Of a stretch of DNA of 64,000 nt, positions 19,023-29,003 are shown one piece after another (position 1 is the first letter of the stretch; every line of letters starts with the position of its first letter). The DNA lies in the NCBI GenBank assembly GCA_963707635.1, contig OY970173.1, positions 1,600,001 to 1,664,000 of the forward strand, given 5' to 3'. Below the pieces are notes generated by a model. The model made no database searches and was not told where the DNA came from. It saw nothing but the letters and a program-made list of their open reading frames with translations. Source of the DNA: Candidatus Latescibacterota bacterium. Its GTDB lineage: Bacteria; Krumholzibacteriota; Krumholzibacteriia; WVZY01; JAKEHA01. The translations under genes and the position numbers were made by a program.

Positions 19023-19487
19023 ATGGCGCGGCTCGTTGCCATATCGTTACTGATGATCCTTGTTGCGGGCATGTCATCCGCGAGCGAGGATCGGATCCTG
19101 TATCTCACGGTGAAGTACGCCGGCGGGGCCCTATCCCTCGACGACGCCCGCGTTGTCGTCGGAACGATCAAGCAGCCGCGGCAGCCCCGGCTGACGCCGG
19201 GGAGTCTCCACTTCACAGTCGCTGCCGCGGACGGTGAGGTGCTTTTTGCGGGTACGATCCCTGACCCAACGATCTTGCATGTGGAGTACGAGGACGACCA
19301 GGGCCGACTGCAAAAACTGACGGCGCGGCAGGACCCGGCGATCTTCGCCATCCGTATCCCCTATGACCACCGCTCCCACTCGGTGACGATCCGCCGGATC
19401 GACTCGACGATATTGGACGTCAAGCGGGTTAGCGAGGAGTCCAGGTTCCTCGGCACGCTCGTGATCGAGGAGGTGAGGAATCGATGA
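19023..19487 (+). CDS. Small secreted hypothetical protein coupled to the M64 peptidase
   Basis: GGAGG RBS, signal peptide, ATGA overlap with the next gene. Confidence 0.75.
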   Translation: MARLVAISLLMILVAGMSSASEDRILYLTVKYAGGALSLDDARVVVGTIKQPRQPRLTPGSLHFTVAAADGEVLFAGTIPDPTILHVEYEDDQGRLQKLTARQDPAIFAIRIPYDHRSHSVTIRRIDSTILDVKRVSEESRFLGTLVIEEVRNR

Positions 19488-20959
19488 CTAGACGCCGAAC
19501 CACATTCCTCGCTGCCTTGACGTTTGCCCTGGTCGCACTGGGCCAGGCACCCGTGTCGGCGCAGACGTTTCCGGTGACCCCCATCCTCGTCAACGGGGAC
19601 ACGGCCGACAAGGTCAACATCGTGTTCCTCGGCGACGGGTACACGTCGGCCCAGATGGCGCTGTACCTATCCGACGTCCAGAACGCGACGAACGCCCTTT
19701 TCCTCTCGCCTCCTTACTCGAACTACGAGTCGTTCTTCAACGTGTACGCCATCGAGATCCCCTCGGTGGAGTCCGGAACCGACCACCCATACACCGCTGC
19801 CGATTGTCCCGGAGGGCTGTCGACGTTCTACCGTGACACCTACTTCAACACCACGTTCGACTACGGAGGAATTCACCGGCTGCTGGTGGCGCAGGACTAC
19901 GAAGCGGTGTATTCGGTGCTGGCCGACAACTTCCCCGCCTGGGACGTTGTTTTCCTCGTCGTCAACCACTCGTACTACGGCGGGTCGGGCGGTGCCTTCG
20001 CCACGTTCTCGACGCACAGCTCGGCCGCCGAAATCGCGATCCACGAGGTGGGACACTCCTTCGCCGACCTCGCCGACGAATACGAATACGGCGGTATGCC
20101 AGGGTACGAGGCGCCCAATGCCACGGCGGAGACGACGCGCGAGCTGATCAAGTGGACCGACTGGATCGAAGCGTCCACCCCCGTGCCCACACCGTGGACC
20201 CCGCAGTATGAAAGCGTCATTGGCCTGTTCGAGGGCGCCGTTTACAACGCCCTGGGGTGGTACCGGCCCAAACTCGATTGCAAGATGCGGTCGCTGGGAA
20301 TCCCGTTCTGCTCCGTCTGCTCCGAGCAGACGGTCCACGAGGTTTACAATCTGGTCCCGATCATACGCAGTCACGAACCCGGCGATCCGGCCGTCGCGTT
20401 GCACGTCGGCCAGACGCAGGAGTTCTCGCTCACGACCTCGCAGCCCGTCCCCAACACCATCGAGACCACTTGGTACGTCGACGGCTCGCCCGTCGAGACG
20501 GGGTCGGAAACCCACAATTTCTTTTCCGGCGACTACGGCTCCGGCACCTACTCGCTGCAGGCGGTGAGCCGCGACGTGACGGCGCTCGTCCGCACCGACC
20601 CGTCAAACCTTCTCGAATCGAGCTACACCTGGACGGTCTCCGTGGACACGGTCCTCACCGGCGTTGGTAGCACGGCGTTGCCGCAGGCACGTCTCCATCA
20701 GAACATCCCCAACCCGTTCAACCCGCAGACGACGATCGAGTACGTGGTCAGCGTTCGCGCAACGGTTTCGATTGAGATCTTCGACGTGTCAGGAGCGCGG
20801 GTCCGTGTTCTGGACCAGGGCGCCCGTGAGGCGGGGAGCTACCGCGCGGAGTGGGACGGCCGCGACGCGGCCAATCGATCCGTGGGTAGCGGCATCTACT
20901 TCTATCGGCTCTCTGGGGTCAGGGGCGCGGAGACGCGAAAGATGGTGCTGCTCAAGTGA
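19484..20959 (+). CDS. M64-family (IgA peptidase-like) metallopeptidase with FlgD-Ig CTD
   Basis: NIVFLGDGYT, FNVYAI, YGGSGG, HEVGHSFADLADEY, FEGA, YRP..CKMR...FCSVC; CTD NPFNP...RKMVLLK. Confidence 0.9.
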   Translation: MTRRRTTFLAALTFALVALGQAPVSAQTFPVTPILVNGDTADKVNIVFLGDGYTSAQMALYLSDVQNATNALFLSPPYSNYESFFNVYAIEIPSVESGTDHPYTAADCPGGLSTFYRDTYFNTTFDYGGIHRLLVAQDYEAVYSVLADNFPAWDVVFLVVNHSYYGGSGGAFATFSTHSSAAEIAIHEVGHSFADLADEYEYGGMPGYEAPNATAETTRELIKWTDWIEASTPVPTPWTPQYESVIGLFEGAVYNALGWYRPKLDCKMRSLGIPFCSVCSEQTVHEVYNLVPIIRSHEPGDPAVALHVGQTQEFSLTTSQPVPNTIETTWYVDGSPVETGSETHNFFSGDYGSGTYSLQAVSRDVTALVRTDPSNLLESSYTWTVSVDTVLTGVGSTALPQARLHQNIPNPFNPQTTIEYVVSVRATVSIEIFDVSGARVRVLDQGAREAGSYRAEWDGRDAANRSVGSGIYFYRLSGVRGAETRKMVLLK

Positions 20960-20973
20960 TTTGGCGATCTGAA

Positions 20974-21010
20974 AGGCCCGGCTGCCTCTTCAGCAGCCGG
21001 GCTTCTTCTT
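20974..21010. terminator. Terminator between convergent genes
   Basis: AGGCCCGGCTGC-CTCTTCA-GCAGCCGGGCTT hairpin then T-rich sequence. Confidence 0.75.
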
Positions 21011-21028
21011 GTTACAAACTCGCTCAAC

Positions 21029-23119
21029 CTACCAGATATGAATTCTTTTATCCGGCTCGAGATAGAGTGAGTCTCCCGGCTGGACGTTGAAGGCGGAGTA
21101 CCAGGTGTCGATGCACGGGAGCGGGCCGTTGACACGGTACTCGGGGGGGCTGTGCTCGTTGGAGGTGACGCGCTGGGCGAGGGCGGCGGTGCGCATCTTG
21201 GATTTCCAGATCTGGGCAAAGCCGAGGTAGAAGCGCTGGTCGCCGGTGAGGCCGTCGATCACGGGCGCTTCTTCTCCGTTCAAACTCAGCACGTACGCCT
21301 GGTGCGCGATCTCGAGGCCGCCGAGGTCGCCGATGTTCTCACCGAGTGTGTTCTGGCCGTTGACGTGCATGCCGGGCAGGGGAACGAAGCCGTTATAGCG
21401 CTCGACAAGCGCATCGGCGCGCTCCTTGAAGCGGCTGGCATCGTCGGCTGTCCACCAGTCGCGCATGACGCCGTCGCCGTCGGACTTTCGTCCCTGGTCG
21501 TCGAAGCCGTGGCCGATTTCGTGGCCGATGACGGCGCCGATGGCTCCGTAATTCACGGCATCATCTGCATACGGATCGAAGAACGGGGGCTGGAGAATAG
21601 CGGCGGGGAACACGATCTCGTTCATGGGCGGGTTGTAGTACGCGTTCACGGCCTGGGGGTTCATGAGCCACTCTTTGCGGTCGACGGGCCGCGACAGCTT
21701 GCCGACCTGGTACTCGTACTCGAACGCCCGCGCGCGCATGACGTTGCCCATGAGGTCGTCCTTCGCGATCTTGAGGGCGGTGTAGTCGCGCCACTTCTCG
21801 GGATAGCCGATCTTGACGCCGAACTTGGCGAGCTTCGCGCGCGCGGCCTTTTTGGTGGCGTCGCTCATCCAGCTGGCGTTGTCGATGCGATCGCCCATGG
21901 CAATCAGAAGATTGCCCACGAGCTGGTCGATGTGGGCCTTGGCCTCGGGGGTGAAGTAGTGCTCGACGTAGAGCTTGCCGACGGCGTTGCCCATGGTCCC
22001 GTTGACGAGCCCAACGCCGCGTTTCCAGCGATCGCGCTGCTGCTTGGCGCCGGTCATCGCGGTGGACGTGAAGGTGAAGGTCGCGTCATCGAGATCCTTG
22101 GTGAGAAACGACGAGTTGTTGCGCAAGAGCCGCGCGGTGAGGAAGTCCTGCCACGCCTCGACGGGCGTCGGTTTGAAAACGGCCGCCATGCCGGTGTAGG
22201 CGCTCGGCGTCATAACCACGAATTCCTTCTGCGACCCCAATTCCGCTGCGCCCAGGTATTTGTCCCACGGAAAATCGGGAGCGAGCTTCTTGATCTGGTC
22301 GTGGGTCATCTTGTTGTAGGTCTTGTCGAGGTCGCGCGTCTGCTCGACGGGCCAGTGCGCCTCGGCGAGCTTGGTCTCGAGCGCGATCTGGCGGTCTGCG
22401 CGCATGCCGGGGTCGCTCTTGCCGGCCATGGTGAAGACGGTTTGCAGGTAGTCGTGGTACGCCTGCTTGGCCGCCGTGAAGCGCGGGTTGTCGGTCTTCA
22501 GATAGTAATCGCGGTCGGGGAGCCCGAGGCCGCTCTGCACGAAGTGCGGGATGTACTGCGACGGGACCTTCTCGTCCTGGTCGATATAGAAATTGAAGGG
22601 AGAATTGCTGCCGCCCTGGCCGCCGTTGACGCGGTTCATTTCGCCCATCAACGTGGCGATGTCGTCGAGACTCCTGGCTCCGTCGATCTTCTTGAAATAC
22701 GGGTCGAGCGGTTTCAGCCCCCTGGCATTGAGCGCGTCCTGGTCGATGTAGCCGGCGTAGATCTCGGCGATCTTCTGGCCGGTGGTCTCGATGGAACCGG
22801 TCGCGCGGGTCTGCTCCTGGATGATGTCCTTGATCTGGTCCTCTCCGCGGAGCTGAAGAAGGGTGAACGATCCATAGCTGGACAGGTCCGCGGGAATCTC
22901 GTAGGTCTCGAGCCAGTGGCCGCTGGCGTAGCGGTAGAAGTTGTCGCCGGGCTTGGCGCTGGTGTCGCGGGCGGTCAAGTCCACGCCCCAGGCGCCGAGC
23001 TCGGGCTTCGTGTTCTCGCTGCTCGACACGCTGTTGCTGCCCGCAACCACAACCGTGGAAACGCAGACCAGCGCGGCGATCGTGGCCAGGTGGGTCCGTT
23101 TAATAGAAAGCGTTCGCAT
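21029..23119 (-). CDS. M13-family metalloendopeptidase (neprilysin/PepO-like)
   Basis: PGDNFYRYASG, GLGLPDRDYY, VNAYY, FPAAILQPPF, HEIGHGFDDQG, ENIGDLGG, HSPPEYRVNG. Confidence 0.95.
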   Translation of the reverse strand: MRTLSIKRTHLATIAALVCVSTVVVAGSNSVSSSENTKPELGAWGVDLTARDTSAKPGDNFYRYASGHWLETYEIPADLSSYGSFTLLQLRGEDQIKDIIQEQTRATGSIETTGQKIAEIYAGYIDQDALNARGLKPLDPYFKKIDGARSLDDIATLMGEMNRVNGGQGGSNSPFNFYIDQDEKVPSQYIPHFVQSGLGLPDRDYYLKTDNPRFTAAKQAYHDYLQTVFTMAGKSDPGMRADRQIALETKLAEAHWPVEQTRDLDKTYNKMTHDQIKKLAPDFPWDKYLGAAELGSQKEFVVMTPSAYTGMAAVFKPTPVEAWQDFLTARLLRNNSSFLTKDLDDATFTFTSTAMTGAKQQRDRWKRGVGLVNGTMGNAVGKLYVEHYFTPEAKAHIDQLVGNLLIAMGDRIDNASWMSDATKKAARAKLAKFGVKIGYPEKWRDYTALKIAKDDLMGNVMRARAFEYEYQVGKLSRPVDRKEWLMNPQAVNAYYNPPMNEIVFPAAILQPPFFDPYADDAVNYGAIGAVIGHEIGHGFDDQGRKSDGDGVMRDWWTADDASRFKERADALVERYNGFVPLPGMHVNGQNTLGENIGDLGGLEIAHQAYVLSLNGEEAPVIDGLTGDQRFYLGFAQIWKSKMRTAALAQRVTSNEHSPPEYRVNGPLPCIDTWYSAFNVQPGDSLYLEPDKRIHIW

Positions 23120-23258
23120 CGTCCTTTTCCTCTCTTGAACTTGGGGACGTCAGAAAGCGCGCGGGTGGGAGCTCATCGTTCCTACGCGAATTCGGGGCTA
23201 TTGTTGCCCGACCGGACGGGCCGAATCAATGGGGAAGTGGGCTCCGCGCGGTTCCCGG

Positions 23259-23280
23259 TCGATTCCGCGCACCAGCTCCA
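23259..23280 (+). repeat. Second att-like copy of the tRNA-Thr 3' end (22 bp)
   Basis: TCGATTCCGCGCACCAGCTCCA identical to 12116-12137. Confidence 0.9.
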
Positions 23281-23468
23281 CTTCGTTTCAGACGGCGGTT
23301 CGACCTTTCATCCTTGTGAGCCGGCCAACTCGTCACCCTGCAGGAGATAGCCTCGATTGGCGCGCAGGCTCGGGGATGACAGAATCCTCCCTCGCCGGGC
23401 TCCACGTAACGCCCTGAGGATCAACAATGCTGAACCTCTCCTGCAGAATGGCCCAGATCAAGCCTTCC

Positions 23469-25859
23469 TTAGCGGGCGATCACCATCTTGCGCGTGATCG
23501 TCGTCCCGTTCGCGGTCACCTTGCAGAAGTAGACGCCGCTCGCAAGCTCACGACCACCATCGTCGAACCCGCCGAGTACGATTCTGTGCCAGCCCGCCGT
23601 CCGCTCCGGCAACACGGTCTCCCGTACCCTCCGCCCTGCAACGTCGTAGAGTTCGATCTCGACATCGGAGTTTGCGGGCAACCCGATGTCGATCTCCGTT
23701 TCGCCGCTGAATGGATTCGGATGGTTCGGGAGCACAGTGAGGCGGGTAATAGATGGCGAATTGCCGACGTGGGTGGTTGCCGAGACACTGGCTTCGTTCG
23801 ACGGGGGACTCTGGTTCCTGTGCACGTCGTCGGCGGTCACAATGTAGTAGAGCGCGCTGGACGGCGCGGCCGCGTCCACCATCACGGTGTCCTCCACACT
23901 CGATAGAAAGTTGGCTGGCAGCGGCGTCACGCCCGCCATCGTCTTTCGATAGACCGAGTAGTCGCGCAGATCGGCGACACGGACGCGGTTCCATTTCAGC
24001 TGGACGTCGGTGCCGATGCGATGCGCCGTGAGATACAACGGGGCGGCGGGGGCGAGGTTGTCTACCGAGTGACCGCTCACGGCGTTGGATGCGAACGCGA
24101 TGTGCTCGTCGGTGACGGCGTGGGCGGCCACCATGAAGAACTCGGTACCGGGGTTGCCTGCCACCGAGTCCGAGCGCGTTTGCGTGGAGAACGAATAGTT
24201 CGCCCACCGGTAGGCGGTCTGGGTGCCCACCAGCTCCCAGTAGTACCCGGAGGGTGCTGTGGCGTGGACGTGTGGCGGTGTGTCCGGACCGACGTGCTCG
24301 ATGGCCGTTAACGCTTCGCCCGCGACAAGCGCCGACGCGTCGACTGCTCGCCAGATCGAGTAGTAGTCGATGGTGGCGGGGACCGGGAGGTCGCGACCGC
24401 TCGCGGTCCAGTTGACCGCCACTTTACCCCCCTGGTCGTTGGGGACGTCCGCGACCGAGGTCACAGCGGGCTCCGGGTGGCCCCAGTAGCCGTACGTCCC
24501 TTCCACGCGCTGGGCGTAGACGTCGGGGGCCAACGGTTCGCTCCGATAGTCGCTCCAGACCACGATGCTCCCGCCAGCTCCATCCGCGACGATGGCCGAG
24601 CTGGCCTGTGCTCCGGCGGCGTTGCAGAGGGGCGCTCCGTCGGATGCCCACTGGATCGAACCCGATGCATGGATTCGCTGCATGTAGATGTTTCCGGTGA
24701 AGTCTCTCACGTCGTCCCACACGACGATCGCACCGCCGATTCCGTCGGATGCGATCACAGGGTAGTATTGCGAATAGGTGGCAGTGCACAGCGGCACGCC
24801 ATTCGGCGTCCAGGCGACCCCGCCGGAGGCCGTAACGCGTTGCACGTAGATATCGCCCTGGTCGAATCGGCCGTCCTGCCACGTCACGATTGCGCCCCCG
24901 GCCGCGTCCGAGGCAATCTTTGGGTAATCTTGGTCGGAGGACGCCGTGCAAAGGGCCACGCCGTTTGACGTCCACTGGGGCGTCCCGACGCCGTTGATCC
25001 GCTGCGCGTAGATGTCGAAGTCCGTTCCACTTCGATAGTCCTCCCACGTCACAATCGCGCCCCCGCTCCCGTCGGAGATGATCGTTGAATACATCTGAGT
25101 GTTCGCGGCGGAGGTCAGCGCCACGCCGTTCACCGCCCACTGAACCACTCCCGATGGATTGATCCGCTGTGCATAGACGTCATTACTAGTATCCCAGGCC
25201 ACGAGCGCCCCCCCTGCTCCGTCCGGAACAATCCCGGGGTTGTACGGGGTATACGGAGCGGTGAGGGCCACCGGCACGCCATTGGCCGGCCACTGGACGG
25301 CTCCCGATGCGTTTATGCGTTGCGCGTACACGCCAACCCCGCCACTTCGGAAATCCACCCAGGTCACGATCGCACCCCCGGCTCCATCCGAAATGATCAC
25401 GGGTGCTATTTGATCGCCCACGGCCGCGCACAGGGCCACGCCGTTAGCCGCCCACATCACTGACCCCGAGGCGTTGACCCGCTGCGCGTAGATGTCGTTG
25501 GTCCCGCCTCGAAGGTCGAACCAGGTCACGATCGCACCGCCCGTTCCATCCGAGACGAGCCTCGGTTGGTAGCGCGCGCCGGGGACCGCGGTGAGTGGCA
25601 CTCCGTTGGCCGTCCACACGATCGCCCCAAAGGTTGTGATTCGCTGAACGTAGACTTGGTAGGTCCCGGTTCGACGGTCCAACCAGGCGATAATCGCGCC
25701 CCCCGCTCCGTCCGACGCGGGCACGGGGCTGAGCTGTTCATCCGCAGTGGTGCACAGCGCCGAACCATCGGGCTGCCAGTGCGCCGCGATAGCAGGCGAG
25801 ACCACGGCCAGTGAAAGAATCCGAATGAGTGTGCCAATTCGCGCCATACGCAGTTGCAT
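23469..25859 (-). CDS. Secreted SDGAGGAI-repeat protein with DQG...DNLAP module, FN3-like domain and FlgD-Ig CTD
   Basis: About seven repeats SDGxGGAIVTWxDxR..DIYAQRINASG..W..NGV; NDQGGKV; SVDNLAP; NHPNPF...RKMVIAR. Confidence 0.87.
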   Translation of the reverse strand: MQLRMARIGTLIRILSLAVVSPAIAAHWQPDGSALCTTADEQLSPVPASDGAGGAIIAWLDRRTGTYQVYVQRITTFGAIVWTANGVPLTAVPGARYQPRLVSDGTGGAIVTWFDLRGGTNDIYAQRVNASGSVMWAANGVALCAAVGDQIAPVIISDGAGGAIVTWVDFRSGGVGVYAQRINASGAVQWPANGVPVALTAPYTPYNPGIVPDGAGGALVAWDTSNDVYAQRINPSGVVQWAVNGVALTSAANTQMYSTIISDGSGGAIVTWEDYRSGTDFDIYAQRINGVGTPQWTSNGVALCTASSDQDYPKIASDAAGGAIVTWQDGRFDQGDIYVQRVTASGGVAWTPNGVPLCTATYSQYYPVIASDGIGGAIVVWDDVRDFTGNIYMQRIHASGSIQWASDGAPLCNAAGAQASSAIVADGAGGSIVVWSDYRSEPLAPDVYAQRVEGTYGYWGHPEPAVTSVADVPNDQGGKVAVNWTASGRDLPVPATIDYYSIWRAVDASALVAGEALTAIEHVGPDTPPHVHATAPSGYYWELVGTQTAYRWANYSFSTQTRSDSVAGNPGTEFFMVAAHAVTDEHIAFASNAVSGHSVDNLAPAAPLYLTAHRIGTDVQLKWNRVRVADLRDYSVYRKTMAGVTPLPANFLSSVEDTVMVDAAAPSSALYYIVTADDVHRNQSPPSNEASVSATTHVGNSPSITRLTVLPNHPNPFSGETEIDIGLPANSDVEIELYDVAGRRVRETVLPERTAGWHRIVLGGFDDGGRELASGVYFCKVTANGTTITRKMVIAR
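23754..24529. repeat. 776-bp block near-identical to 26144-26919
   Basis: Direct repeat at offset 2390; one mismatch seen (23916 vs 26306). Confidence 0.92.
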
Positions 25860-25861
25860 CC

Positions 25862-28252
25862 CTAGCGAGCGATCACCATCTTGCGCGTGACGGTTGCTCC
25901 GGCGGCGCGAACGCGATAGAAGTAGACCCCGCTCGGGAGCGTGCCCCCCGCGTTGTGAGCGTCAAACGAGATTTCACGCCACCCGGCGGCGAGTAGCCCC
26001 GTCCGTTCACGTCGAACACTTCGTCCAGTCACATCGAACACCTCAATCTCCACCGTGCTCGCCTTCGGCAACCCGATCTGCAAGGTCGTCGTTGCGACAA
26101 ATGGATTGGGGAGGTTGTCCCGCACTGCAAGGCGGGAAATAGTTGGCGAATTGCCGACGTGGGTGGTTGCCGAGACACTGGCTTCGTTCGACGGGGGACT
26201 CTGGTTCCTGTGCACGTCGTCGGCGGTCACAATGTAGTAGAGCGCGCTGGACGGCGCGGCCGCGTCCACCATCACGGTGTCCTCCACACTCGATAGAAAG
26301 TTGGCCGGCAGCGGCGTCACGCCCGCCATCGTCTTTCGATAGACCGAGTAGTCGCGCAGATCGGCGACACGGACGCGGTTCCATTTCAGCTGGACGTCGG
26401 TGCCGATGCGATGCGCCGTGAGATACAACGGGGCGGCGGGGGCGAGGTTGTCTACCGAGTGACCGCTCACGGCGTTGGATGCGAACGCGATGTGCTCGTC
26501 GGTGACGGCGTGGGCGGCCACCATGAAGAACTCGGTACCGGGGTTGCCTGCCACCGAGTCCGAGCGCGTTTGCGTGGAGAACGAATAGTTCGCCCACCGG
26601 TAGGCGGTCTGGGTGCCCACCAGCTCCCAGTAGTACCCGGAGGGTGCTGTGGCGTGGACGTGTGGCGGTGTGTCCGGACCGACGTGCTCGATGGCCGTTA
26701 ACGCTTCGCCCGCGACAAGCGCCGACGCGTCGACTGCTCGCCAGATCGAGTAGTAGTCGATGGTGGCGGGGACCGGGAGGTCGCGACCGCTCGCGGTCCA
26801 GTTGACCGCCACTTTACCCCCCTGGTCGTTGGGGACGTCCGCGACCGAGGTCACAGCGGGCTCCGGGTGGCCCCAGTAGCCGTACGTCCCTTCCACGCGC
26901 TGGGCGTAGACGTCGGGGGTTGTCGAGCCGCTGCGGTAGTCCTGCCACGTCACGATCGCGCCGCCGGTTCCATCCGGTGCGATCCTGGGGTCGCTCTGGG
27001 CGTTGACGTCGGTGCAGAGCCGCACTCCGTCAAGCGCCCACTGGGCCGCGCCCAGCGCATCGAGCCGCTGGGCGTAGATGTTGAACAGAGGCCCGTCGCG
27101 AGCGTCGCGCCACGTGACGACCGCGCCGCCGACGCCGTCGGCGGCGATCGCGGCAAAGTCCTGAAGATCTGCGGCGGCGCAGACGGCCACTCCGTTCGGA
27201 ATCCACTGGATTGTGCCCGACGCATCGATGCGTTGCGCGTAAATGTCGGAGGTTCCAGCCACCCGACTGTCGTGCCAGGCCATGATCGCCCCGCCGGCTC
27301 CGTCCGAAACCATCACGGGGAAGGCTTGTTCGTTTGCGAGCGCACAGATGGCCAGCCCGTTTGGTGTCAACTGGATCACGCCCGACGCGTCGATTCGCTG
27401 CGTGTAGATGTCGTAATTGCCGCTTCGCGAGTCGGACCAGGTGACGATTGCGCCCCCGGCTCCGTCCGAGACGATCGACGGACTGCCCTGATCATTCCCG
27501 GCTGTGCAGAGAGGGGTGCCGTTGGCGGTCCACTGCGCCACGCCCGAGGCGTTTAGCCGCTGTGCGTAGACGTCGTAGTTGCCGCTTCGACCATCGGACC
27601 AGACGACGATCGTGCCACCGCCCCCGTCGGAAGCGAGCATGGGACCGCTCTGACTGTTCGCGGCGGCCGCAACGGCGATCCCGTTCGGTGTCCACTGCAC
27701 AATTCCCATGGCGTTGATGCGCTGCGCGTAGAGGTCCGAGATGTCGTTTCGCGAGTCTGACCACGCCGCGATCGCGCCTCCGGCCCCGTCCGCGACTATC
27801 TTGGGTTCGATCTGGAAGCCCGGATCGGTGCAGAGCGGCACCCCGTTTGGCGTCCACTGGACGACCCCGAACGCATTAACTCGCTGCGCATATATGTCGG
27901 GCGCGCCGCTTCGATAGTCGAACCAGGTCACGATCGCGCCCCCGGCCCCGTCTGAGACGATCTTGGCATTTAACTGACCGTTTGAAGCAGTGCAGAGCGG
28001 CACCCCGTCAGGCGTCCACTGCACAATGCCCGAGGCGTTGATCCGCTGTGCGTAGATCTGGGGGTCGCCGTTAACGCGAACGTCGAACCAGGTCACGATC
28101 ACGCCGCCGGCGCCATCCGAGACGATCGTCGGGGCGGCCTGTTCACCGGGCGCGGTGCAGAGGCCCGCACCGTCGAGTTGCCACTGCGCGAGTCCGGCAG
28201 CCGGCGTCGAAACAACGGCAACGGTCAGGATGATGGCGGCGATCCGGCGCAT
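25862..28252 (-). CDS. Tandem paralog: secreted SDGAGGAI-repeat protein with DQG...DNLAP module and FlgD-Ig CTD
   Basis: Start MRRIAAII (ATG 28252); same architecture as 23469-25859; ends RKMVIAR. Confidence 0.87.
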   Translation of the reverse strand: MRRIAAIILTVAVVSTPAAGLAQWQLDGAGLCTAPGEQAAPTIVSDGAGGVIVTWFDVRVNGDPQIYAQRINASGIVQWTPDGVPLCTASNGQLNAKIVSDGAGGAIVTWFDYRSGAPDIYAQRVNAFGVVQWTPNGVPLCTDPGFQIEPKIVADGAGGAIAAWSDSRNDISDLYAQRINAMGIVQWTPNGIAVAAAANSQSGPMLASDGGGGTIVVWSDGRSGNYDVYAQRLNASGVAQWTANGTPLCTAGNDQGSPSIVSDGAGGAIVTWSDSRSGNYDIYTQRIDASGVIQLTPNGLAICALANEQAFPVMVSDGAGGAIMAWHDSRVAGTSDIYAQRIDASGTIQWIPNGVAVCAAADLQDFAAIAADGVGGAVVTWRDARDGPLFNIYAQRLDALGAAQWALDGVRLCTDVNAQSDPRIAPDGTGGAIVTWQDYRSGSTTPDVYAQRVEGTYGYWGHPEPAVTSVADVPNDQGGKVAVNWTASGRDLPVPATIDYYSIWRAVDASALVAGEALTAIEHVGPDTPPHVHATAPSGYYWELVGTQTAYRWANYSFSTQTRSDSVAGNPGTEFFMVAAHAVTDEHIAFASNAVSGHSVDNLAPAAPLYLTAHRIGTDVQLKWNRVRVADLRDYSVYRKTMAGVTPLPANFLSSVEDTVMVDAAAPSSALYYIVTADDVHRNQSPPSNEASVSATTHVGNSPTISRLAVRDNLPNPFVATTTLQIGLPKASTVEIEVFDVTGRSVRRERTGLLAAGWREISFDAHNAGGTLPSGVYFYRVRAAGATVTRKMVIAR
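26144..26919. repeat. Second copy of the 776-bp block
   Basis: Matches 23754-24529. Confidence 0.92.
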
Positions 28253-28441
28253 GCACGGCGTCTGGAGTGACTGGCGGCGTCGGCGACCGCCTATCCACTG
28301 CGGGGAGCGGACACCCGGCCGACGGCTGCGGGTGTCGGCGACCAGACGGGACTTCCGGAAACTGCGAAGCGCTGGCGCCATTGAATATTAGCGGAATCAT
28401 CGGCGGGTTGGCAACAAGATGGTTTGCATGGCCCCGGACCG

Positions 28442-28524
28442 TCTTCGACTTTCCGATGATCGACAATCTGCGGATCGCGCACGGCCAGCGCTGCGCTCTG
28501 GTGCTCACCCACGTCTCCGACCAG
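28442..28524 (+). repeat. 83-bp intergenic copy of coding sequence 29701-29783
   Basis: 5 mismatches in 83 bp, three at synonymous positions of the gene's frame. Confidence 0.92.
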
Positions 28525-28529
28525 ACGTG

Positions 28530-28559
28530 TTGTCGCGCTGACCGGGGGTCTGATAGAAT
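28530..28559 (+). promoter_or_regulatory. Probable sigma70 promoter
   Basis: TTGTCG-18 bp-TAGAAT with extended -10 TG. Confidence 0.5.
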
Positions 28560-28624
28560 GCTCGCGGCCGGGCTCCAGAGACGCCCGAAGTCGCCCCGCT
28601 TTCTAGAGACCCTGGAGGTACGAC

Positions 28625-28993
28625 ATGCGATTGCAGATGAGCGCGGCGTTGATCGTCATCGCGCTGGGAGCCTCGAATGCTTCCGCCGGACGGCTCTTCG
28701 GCGACGTGAAGGTCAGCGGCAAGCCGGCGGCGGAAGGCATGCTGATCACGGTGCAGGCTGCCCCCAAGCCGGCGGCGGAGAAGGAAAAGGTCGCGGCTGC
28801 GCCGGTGGACTCGGTGAAGACCGACAAGGTGGGCTCTTATAAGGTCATGGTGAAGAACGAGGGGAAGTACAATCTCACGGTGCACCTGGGGAAGCAGATA
28901 GCGGTGCTCGAGGTGTTCTCGTACAAGGAGCCCACGCGCTACGACCTGGTGGTCGAGGAGAAGGACGGCAAACTCACGGTACGGCGGAAGTGA
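28625..28993 (+). CDS. Small secreted beta-sandwich-like hypothetical protein
   Basis: GGAGG RBS, signal peptide, FGDVKVSG...KTDKVGSYK pattern. Confidence 0.75.
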   Translation: MRLQMSAALIVIALGASNASAGRLFGDVKVSGKPAAEGMLITVQAAPKPAAEKEKVAAAPVDSVKTDKVGSYKVMVKNEGKYNLTVHLGKQIAVLEVFSYKEPTRYDLVVEEKDGKLTVRRK

Positions 28994-29003
28994 GTCCGGC
29001 CCC

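Noticed and set aside
21152..23350. 732-aa plus-strand ORF, and similar long ORFs at 12221-14422, 30320-32347, 54280-56355 and 8363-10315
   Set aside because: These are antisense or alternate-frame shadows of well-supported genes, as expected in high-GC DNA; they have no recognisable motifs.
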